From an uncultured Deinococcales bacterium (GTDB taxonomy: Bacteria > Deinococcota > Deinococci > Deinococcales > JAAFIG01): a stretch of 23,795 nucleotides of DNA. The stretch lies in assembly GCA_964247135.1 (NCBI GenBank), contig CAXTTL010000048.1:1-23795 (forward strand), given 5' to 3'. Below are positions 17,873 to 23,795 of this stretch, piece by piece. The position numbers and the translations under genes are program-made. Below the pieces are notes generated by a model, which saw only the letters and a program-made list of their open reading frames with translations, was not told the DNA's origin and ran no database searches. The stretch's first letter is position 1. Each line of letters begins with the position of its first letter.

Positions 17873-18823
17873 ATGGAAACCCAAACCTGGTATCTCGAGT
17901 TGAGTGAAGAAAACGGCAGTCACAAATTCTATGAAGTCACGCTCGAGAATACAGATTTAACGATTCGATACGGGCGCATTGGAGATGCGGGGCAATCACA
18001 AAAGAAAACGTTTGAAACACCAGAAAAGGCGTTAGTGGAAGCCGAAAAAAAATTAGCAGCCAAACGTAAAAGCGGCTATCATGATGCAGAATTGGGTCAG
18101 AGCGCCAAAAAAGCTCTGGCTGCAAAGCCGAAAATCAACAAACTTCAATGCGTGCGTTTTAAAGAAGTCAATTCTCCTATCACAGCACCGGTCACAAAAT
18201 TTGGTGGACAACCCGTTTGGCTTGAAGAACCAAAATGGCCATTAAGTGCGCACAACGGAAAACCCATTCCATTCCTGTGTCAAGTCAAGCTCGAGCCTGA
18301 ATTGTTTGAAACAATTGATGCCACAATGGCTTATATTTTCAGAGACGGAGATGGCGATGATATGGCAGCCGTCTTGCAACCAGGCAATGTGGTCGCAAGG
18401 CATGATCTTTATGGTGCAGAAGGAGATTTTCCGCTCTTCAGCGATCAAGAAAAAGGTCCGACTTTAACAAAAAGTGTTCAAGAGAATTCAACGTATAAAC
18501 GCATAGAAATAGAATGTTCTGTCGATCTCAAGGCAGGACAAGATTCGCCATACGCATATGATAACGAGCGCGAAAATTGGTCTGAAGAAAAAGGAAATCG
18601 GTATTACAGCAAAACCATTGGTTACAAAATCGGTGGCAGTCCATGTAACTTTGATGATGAGTTCATGCCTGAAAAGCTTCATGAGCAATGGAATTTACTG
18701 CTTCAAATGCGGCAAGCAGAAGAAGATGAAACCGAAGCACCATTTTCAGATATGTTCGCTGAGGTCATGTGCTTTTGGTTTATCTCAAACGATGGTAAAC
18801 AACTTTCTTTTGCAACAATGTAA
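17873..18823 (+). CDS. WGR-domain protein with C-terminal YwqG/DUF1963-like domain
   Basis: N-terminal YLELSEENGSHKFYEV...IRYGRIG...KRKSGY (WGR). C-terminal TKFGGQPVW..WP..PFLCQ and KIGGSP..WNLLLQ (DUF1963-like). RBS AGGAG. Confidence 0.8.
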   Translation: METQTWYLELSEENGSHKFYEVTLENTDLTIRYGRIGDAGQSQKKTFETPEKALVEAEKKLAAKRKSGYHDAELGQSAKKALAAKPKINKLQCVRFKEVNSPITAPVTKFGGQPVWLEEPKWPLSAHNGKPIPFLCQVKLEPELFETIDATMAYIFRDGDGDDMAAVLQPGNVVARHDLYGAEGDFPLFSDQEKGPTLTKSVQENSTYKRIEIECSVDLKAGQDSPYAYDNERENWSEEKGNRYYSKTIGYKIGGSPCNFDDEFMPEKLHEQWNLLLQMRQAEEDETEAPFSDMFAEVMCFWFISNDGKQLSFATM

Positions 18824-18828
18824 AACTG

Positions 18829-18860
18829 AAAGGGGGTCATGGTTGCCTATAACTCCCTTT
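18829..18860. terminator. Probable bidirectional terminator between convergent genes
   Basis: AAAGGGGGTCATGG-TTGC-CTATAACTCCCTTT forms a stem of about 14 bp with G-U pairs and one mismatch, with A/T-rich flanks. Confidence 0.55.
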
Positions 18861-18880
18861 AAAATTTCTCGACTCGAGTT

Positions 18881-20095
18881 TCAATCCTTCACAAGTTCAA
18901 TATCCGCCAATTCATGCCATGGCAAACCCCAAACGTTCATCGCGTCCATAAACGGGTCTGGATTAAATTGCTCCATGTTCCAAACCCCTGGTTTCATCCA
19001 TGTTCCCTCGAGCATCAACATCGCGCCAATCATGGCTGGAACGCCTGTGGTGTACGACACCCCTTGGGCTTGAACCTCGAGATAACACTGGTGATGGTCG
19101 CACACATTGTAAACAAAATGCACTTTTGGTTTGCCGTCTTTGATGCCCTTAATTTGCACGCCAATGCAGGTTTGTCCCGTGTAATTTTCCGCGAGCGATT
19201 CTGGGGCGGGCAGCACGGCTTTTAAGAATTCTATCGGGGCGATTTGCATTCCGCGAAAGTTAATCGGTTCGATGCTGGTCATGCCAATCCCCTCGAGCAC
19301 CGACAAATGCTTGATGTACGCTTCGCCGAAGGTCATCCAAAACCTTGCGCGTTTGAGGGTTGGGAAGTGCTTCACCAGACTCTCGAGTTCTTCGTGGTAG
19401 AGCACGTAACTTTTGCGGGTTTGAACGCGAGGGTAGTAAATGTCTTGGCTAATCTCGAGCGGTGTGGTTTCGACCCACGCGCCGTTTTCCCAGTAGCGTC
19501 CGTTGGCGGTGATTTCGCGGATGTTGATTTCTGGGTTGAAATTGGTGGCGAACGCCTTGCCGTGGTTGCCGTTGTTGCAGTCCACAATGTCCATGTCATG
19601 AATTTCATCGAAATGATGTTTGGCTTGCCAGGCGGTGTACACATTGGTCGCGCCTGGGTCAAAACCTGAACCCATCAGTGCCATCAGTCCCGCCGCTTGG
19701 AAGCGTTCTTGGTACGCCCATTGCCAGGAGTATTCAAATTTGGCAACGTCCTTGGGTTCGTAATTGGCGGTGTCCAGGTAATGCACGCCCGTCTCGAGGC
19801 AGGCGTCCATGATGGTCAGGTCTTGGTAGGGCAGCGCCACGTTGATAACCATTTTGGGTTGGTACTCGCGGATGAGTTTCACCAAATCTGGCACGCTGTC
19901 GGCATCAATTTGCGCGGTGGTGACTTTGGTGCTCGAGTTTGGAAAATACTGCTTGATTTCGGCTGCAATCTTGTCGCATTTGGCTTTGGTGCGGCTGGCG
20001 ATCATCAGTTCCGTAAACACGCCGTCGTTCTGCGCACACTTTTTGGCGACCACGCCGCCCACGCCACCCGCACCGATCATTAACACTCGAGCCAT
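18881..20095 (-). CDS. Carboxy(nor)spermidine dehydrogenase/synthase (saccharopine dehydrogenase family)
   Basis: IGAGGVG, NVALPYQDLTIMDACL, YLDTANYE, GSGFDPG, FATNFNPEINIRE, YHEELESL and SYTTGVPAMIGA. RBS GGAGG precedes ATG 20095. Confidence 0.9.
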   Translation of the reverse strand: MARVLMIGAGGVGGVVAKKCAQNDGVFTELMIASRTKAKCDKIAAEIKQYFPNSSTKVTTAQIDADSVPDLVKLIREYQPKMVINVALPYQDLTIMDACLETGVHYLDTANYEPKDVAKFEYSWQWAYQERFQAAGLMALMGSGFDPGATNVYTAWQAKHHFDEIHDMDIVDCNNGNHGKAFATNFNPEINIREITANGRYWENGAWVETTPLEISQDIYYPRVQTRKSYVLYHEELESLVKHFPTLKRARFWMTFGEAYIKHLSVLEGIGMTSIEPINFRGMQIAPIEFLKAVLPAPESLAENYTGQTCIGVQIKGIKDGKPKVHFVYNVCDHHQCYLEVQAQGVSYTTGVPAMIGAMLMLEGTWMKPGVWNMEQFNPDPFMDAMNVWGLPWHELADIELVKD

Positions 20096-20265
20096 AATTT
20101 CCTCCAAAAAAGTTTGAGATTGCGTTCGTGCTGCCGTGCAAGATTATCATGTCGCTCGAGGTTCAGAAAATTTATCGGGACGCCATAAAATGTAGCCTCT
20201 CGAGGATCAGGTTTTATTGCCAATACTTAACGTCAATGTTGAGCCTTGAACGGTATACTTTTGAC

Positions 20266-21159
20266 GTGAAGAAATTACTTTCATTTGTGGTGTTTGCCCT
20301 GTGCTCGGGTTCTGCGCTGGCGACAGACATGCTGTCTTTTATCGCCCCAGAAGGTACGATCACCAAATACCATGCGGCAACCAACATTGCGTTTACGATT
20401 CCCAAGTTCACCTCGAGCACGTCCAATGGTTCGACTGCCGACGTGCGAATTGGCAACAGGATTCAGCAAAACCTGGATGGTATCAAATTGGAAATCAGTG
20501 ATGATTTTACCGATACCGTGGGTACGTTTGCCGACAACCCAGATTTGATGGTCAGCACCGAAGGCAACCACAAAGTGAACACGTCCGCTCTTGGCGCGAC
20601 CACCACGGTTGAAGTTCCGTACCGTTCCGAAACCCTCTACCAATCTGATGGTACGGTTCAATTTGGCAAGTTTTTGTACGACACCAGTTTTTTGAAAGAC
20701 CCGTACACGTCCATTTTTCAAGCCCAACAAAGCATTGAAGAAAAAAATCGTAACGCCCGCATCGCGCGTTTGTACGGTTTGGACCTCGAGTTGGGACAGG
20801 ACGTGTCCCTGCCCCCCGTGAAAGCTTTGGGAGAGCTTGATCCTGATGTCATTTTGACTTCGACCTACAAATTTGCGGGTCGGGATGCCGACAACCATTT
20901 TCTGTTTGATGTCAGCACACAATCATCTTTGGTTTCCAAAACCATTAACCAGTACGGAACCAAAATTTTCTTCAAACTGATGCCAGCCGTCGGAACGGGG
21001 AAAATCAGTTTCCTCGAGGACGGTCGTTTGCTGCACGAAGAATATGCCCAAGTGACCAATGTGGTTTACACCTATATTTTTGTGGTTGGCAAAATTACTT
21101 CAACGTACCGTTTTGAAGGCACGATCAGTCTTGAACGTCACACAGACGTGGTTGAATAA
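20266..21159 (+). CDS. Secreted beta-rich hypothetical protein
   Basis: Signal peptide VKKLLSFVVFALCSGSALA; T/S/F/Y-rich strand-like pattern. TATACT 20254-20259 lies 6 nt before GTG 20266. Confidence 0.7.
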   Translation: MKKLLSFVVFALCSGSALATDMLSFIAPEGTITKYHAATNIAFTIPKFTSSTSNGSTADVRIGNRIQQNLDGIKLEISDDFTDTVGTFADNPDLMVSTEGNHKVNTSALGATTTVEVPYRSETLYQSDGTVQFGKFLYDTSFLKDPYTSIFQAQQSIEEKNRNARIARLYGLDLELGQDVSLPPVKALGELDPDVILTSTYKFAGRDADNHFLFDVSTQSSLVSKTINQYGTKIFFKLMPAVGTGKISFLEDGRLLHEEYAQVTNVVYTYIFVVGKITSTYRFEGTISLERHTDVVE

Positions 21160-21176
21160 ATCAAATTGCTCGAGTT

Positions 21177-21770
21177 TTAGATTCCGTATTTTTTCATGAT
21201 TTGGTTGAAGACTTGAAGGTTGAGAAACACCTCAGCATTCCAACCCGCTTCTCGAGCCGCAGCCACATTCTCGAGTGAGTCGTCCCAGAAGAGGACTTCT
21301 GAAGCTGGAAGCTGGATTTTGTCTTTTACAGCTTTGTAAAACTCGAGGTCTGGCTTGCGAAAACCGAGGTCACTCGAGGCGAAAACACCGTCAAGCGTCT
21401 TCAAAAATCCCATCTCGAGCTTCATGTAATTGGCGCGATTGCGCTCTTGGTTTGTGCCAAGGTAACACGGGATTCCGTTGGTTCGTAAAACTTGGATTCG
21501 CTCGAGCAGTGCGGTGTCGATGTGATGTTCATGTTCAAGCCATTGCCGAACAAAAGTTGTGGCATCTACTGGCACATTCCAACGCTCGAGATACTTTGGC
21601 AAAATGTCCAACAGCTCGAGTTCGCCCGTGGTGCAACGCTTGAACTGCCCATGAATCAATGCCATAAATTCTTGTTTTGGAATGCCGAACAGTTCAAACG
21701 CTCGAGAGACGAAAAACGTTTTTGGGCGCACGATCACACCGTCAGCGTCGAAGATAATGGCTTTTATCAT
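21177..21770 (-). CDS. HAD-superfamily hydrolase (subfamily IA)
   Basis: Motif I IIFDADGV, motif II GTN, motif III RKPD and motif IV FWDDSLENVAAA. The start is 21770 or 21779. Confidence 0.9.
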   Translation of the reverse strand: MIKAIIFDADGVIVRPKTFFVSRAFELFGIPKQEFMALIHGQFKRCTTGELELLDILPKYLERWNVPVDATTFVRQWLEHEHHIDTALLERIQVLRTNGIPCYLGTNQERNRANYMKLEMGFLKTLDGVFASSDLGFRKPDLEFYKAVKDKIQLPASEVLFWDDSLENVAAAREAGWNAEVFLNLQVFNQIMKKYGI

Positions 21771-21795
21771 CTCGAGCATCTTGACACGTTTATCG

Positions 21796-21812
21796 ATAGC
21801 CTTTAAGGCTAT
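21796..21812. promoter_or_regulatory. Perfect 8-1-8 palindrome in the HAD/YkgJ divergent promoter
   Basis: ATAGCCTT-T-AAGGCTAT lies between TTGACA (21781-21786) and TATGCT (21810-21815). Confidence 0.4.
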
Positions 21813-21826
21813 GCTGGAAAACACCA

Positions 21827-22567
21827 ATGCAAGTCTCCCCCATCAACCCAGATCAAGAAATTTTAACGGCTGTCGCTCGAGCGTACTCGAGTTTCAATCG
21901 TGACTCGAGTGCTTGGATTGAGGGTTTTACAGCCCGAGGCGGAAAAATTCACTGCCAGTCTGGGTGCTTTCACTGCTGCAATTTCCCGATTCGGGTCAGT
22001 CTTGCCGAAGCCCTGCTAACCGCTTCGCAATTGAGCCTCGAGCAGTTGGAAGCCATGAAATTCCACGCGCAAAACGTCCTCGAGAATGCGAAAACCGCCT
22101 CGAGTTGGGATGAATATTTTGCGCGTCATCGTGAAGAGGTGGGGTTCTGTCCGTTGCTTGACCGTGCAACTGGCGCTTGTGGGGCTTACGAGGCACGCCC
22201 CGGGCGTTGCCGCGATACCTTCAGCGCCCTGAGTGCCGATTACTGCAAGGTCGGCACGCTCGAGCATTTAAACCGCAACCAGCGTTTGGCGTACCAACGT
22301 GCCGTGAAAGCCAACCCCGCCACCGATGGACTCAGCCATTACGTCGCGCCGCTCGAAGATTTGGGTACAACCATCTGGGAGGTTGCCAGTCGTCAAATGC
22401 GGCAATCTTGGGGTTTGGAAATCTGGGGCGATTTTTGGGTGCTGACAACCCTGTCCCGAGATGACGCATTTATGGCGGCGGTTCGGGCTGGACAGGTCAA
22501 ATCTGCGTCCAGACGCGCCAAGATTCTGGGTTTGTGGCATCTCGAAATCGTGCAAATTGAGTCTTGA
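21827..22567 (+). CDS. YkgJ/UPF0153-family cysteine-cluster (Zn/Fe-S) protein
   Basis: CQSGCFHCC ... CPLLD...CGAYEARPGRCR. Confidence 0.88.
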   Translation: MQVSPINPDQEILTAVARAYSSFNRDSSAWIEGFTARGGKIHCQSGCFHCCNFPIRVSLAEALLTASQLSLEQLEAMKFHAQNVLENAKTASSWDEYFARHREEVGFCPLLDRATGACGAYEARPGRCRDTFSALSADYCKVGTLEHLNRNQRLAYQRAVKANPATDGLSHYVAPLEDLGTTIWEVASRQMRQSWGLEIWGDFWVLTTLSRDDAFMAAVRAGQVKSASRRAKILGLWHLEIVQIES

Positions 22568-22686
22568 GTTTTGAAGCAAGCTCAACCAGTTTCTTTGCAC
22601 AATCTTCGATTTCTTTCAGTCTTACCTTAGCGCTTGCCATTTACACTTCCATTATCTCGAGATTGCTCGAGTCTCAGGAGGTTTTT

Positions 22687-23778
22687 ATGGCTTTAGGAAC
22701 GTTTCAACGAACTCCGATTTCGACGCTCGAGTTTCCACGGTTTCAAAGCATTGGCGCGGCTTTGTTCTTGCTTGGCGTGTTCGCCACTTTTTTTGGTTTG
22801 GGTTGGGATGTGCAGTGGCACAACGACGTTGGTCCTGACACCTTCTGGACGTTACCGCACAGCATTTTGTACTTTGGCGCGGCGCTCAGCGGTTTTGCCT
22901 GTTTGACCGTGGTGCTCATTGGCACGTTCGCATCTCGGGAAACCCGCACTTTGCCAGGCATGGTCCCGATTTTGGGCGGCATGTTTTACGCCCCAATCGG
23001 TTTTATTGTCGGTGGTTTTGGCGCGGCAGGTTTTTTAAGTTTCGGGCTGTTCGACCAGTACTGGCACGCGTTATTCGGTTTTGATGTTTCGATCAGTTCG
23101 CCGCCGCACATGGGTTTGATTTTCAGTTACATCATGGCGGTCTCGGGTTGCGTGCTGGTGTTCGTTCGGGGACGCGAAACCCGAACAATGTCTTTTGTGG
23201 TTGCCACCGCGCTGGCGCTGGGTTTTACACTGCCATTCGTGCAAATGAACCTCTGGGAATTCAACCTCGAGATTCCAATGTTTTTGTTTCCAGCTTTATT
23301 TTTATCGCTTGGCATGTTGTTTGTGGCGTCCGTCAGCCGCAAGCCTTGGATGCTTTTTGTCATGACTTTGGTGTTTGCGGCGTTTCGTTATTTGTGCTGG
23401 TTTGCTTTTCCGATCATCACTTCAGGTTATGCCAGTGCCTTGGGTTTGGCTTTGCGCGATCAACCTTCAGACAACCCGATGATTCCGTACCTGATGCCAA
23501 TGTTGCTGCCCTTGGCGGGTTTGATCTCGAGTGGCGTGTTGGTTTTCGCCAAATCTCGAGGCTGGCGGGTGACTCCCAGTGTCTTGTTGGCTGGAGCTTT
23601 GGGAGCGCCACTGATGTACGTCGATTTGTTTCTTGGGCAGATTGTGACTGGCTTTCCGCTTATTTTGCTTGGTGCTGCCATTTTGGGTGCTCTGGGCGCT
23701 TGGTTGGGCTGGCAATTGGGTGTCGTGGCGCGTCATGCCAACGTCCAACTCGAGCAAGTTCAGGGGGTGCAATCGTGA
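22687..23778 (+). CDS. Polytopic membrane protein with two DxxWH...PH putative metal-binding motifs (PmoC/AmoC-like)
   Basis: About 9-10 hydrophobic segments; motifs WDVQWHNDVGPDTFWTLPH and FDQYWHALFGFDVSISSPPH. RBS AGGAGG precedes ATG 22687. Confidence 0.8.
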   Translation: MALGTFQRTPISTLEFPRFQSIGAALFLLGVFATFFGLGWDVQWHNDVGPDTFWTLPHSILYFGAALSGFACLTVVLIGTFASRETRTLPGMVPILGGMFYAPIGFIVGGFGAAGFLSFGLFDQYWHALFGFDVSISSPPHMGLIFSYIMAVSGCVLVFVRGRETRTMSFVVATALALGFTLPFVQMNLWEFNLEIPMFLFPALFLSLGMLFVASVSRKPWMLFVMTLVFAAFRYLCWFAFPIITSGYASALGLALRDQPSDNPMIPYLMPMLLPLAGLISSGVLVFAKSRGWRVTPSVLLAGALGAPLMYVDLFLGQIVTGFPLILLGAAILGALGAWLGWQLGVVARHANVQLEQVQGVQS

Positions 23779-23795
23779 AATTGGCAACTCAAGCT
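23775..23795 (+). CDS. Probable start of a translationally coupled downstream gene (truncated by the window end)
   Basis: GTGA start/stop overlap, purine-rich AGGGGG upstream, and a frame open to the window end (MKLATQA). Confidence 0.4.

Noticed and set aside
22687-23778. Calling this gene pmoC/amoC (methane or ammonia oxidation)
   Set aside because: Only the ligand motifs match. The protein is longer, otherwise dissimilar, and no pmoA/pmoB is visible in the window.

Overview
A gene-dense bacterial chromosome segment of roughly 50-55% GC (estimated by eye), most likely Deinococcota/Deinococcales. This assignment is inferred from the Thermus/Deinococcus-type SerRS, many leaderless TAnnnT-N6-8-start genes and an RDRM-like box. 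In order, it contains two tandem CPBP/CAAX proteases, a STAND-ATPase-TPR-LuxR regulator, serS with a putative leader peptide/attenuator, a GTAG-type REP doublet, coaD, hslO, a DoxX-like protein, a CAP-domain protein, a small RHH protein, a GH13-CBM20 lipoprotein amylase, MalK/MsmX, a 7TM-DISM diguanylate cyclase, a 1030-aa acetoacetate-decarboxylase-like/FAD-oxidoreductase fusion, a TPR protein, a WGR-DUF1963-like protein, carboxy(nor)spermidine dehydrogenase, a secreted unknown, a HAD hydrolase, a YkgJ-type Cys-cluster protein and a membrane protein with two PmoC/AmoC-like Asp-His-His motifs. The most striking signals are: (1) the palindrome CTCGAG occurs about 155 times by hand count versus about 6 expected, making it a HIP1-like highly iterated palindrome; (2) the membrane protein with pMMO CuC/CuD-like ligand spacing; (3) an RDRM-like operator in front of the WGR gene; (4) the ADC-FAD fusion enzyme; (5) a near-consensus promoter with no gene behind it. 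No tRNA, rRNA, CRISPR array or transposase was recognised. All calls come from reading the sequence; no searches were run.
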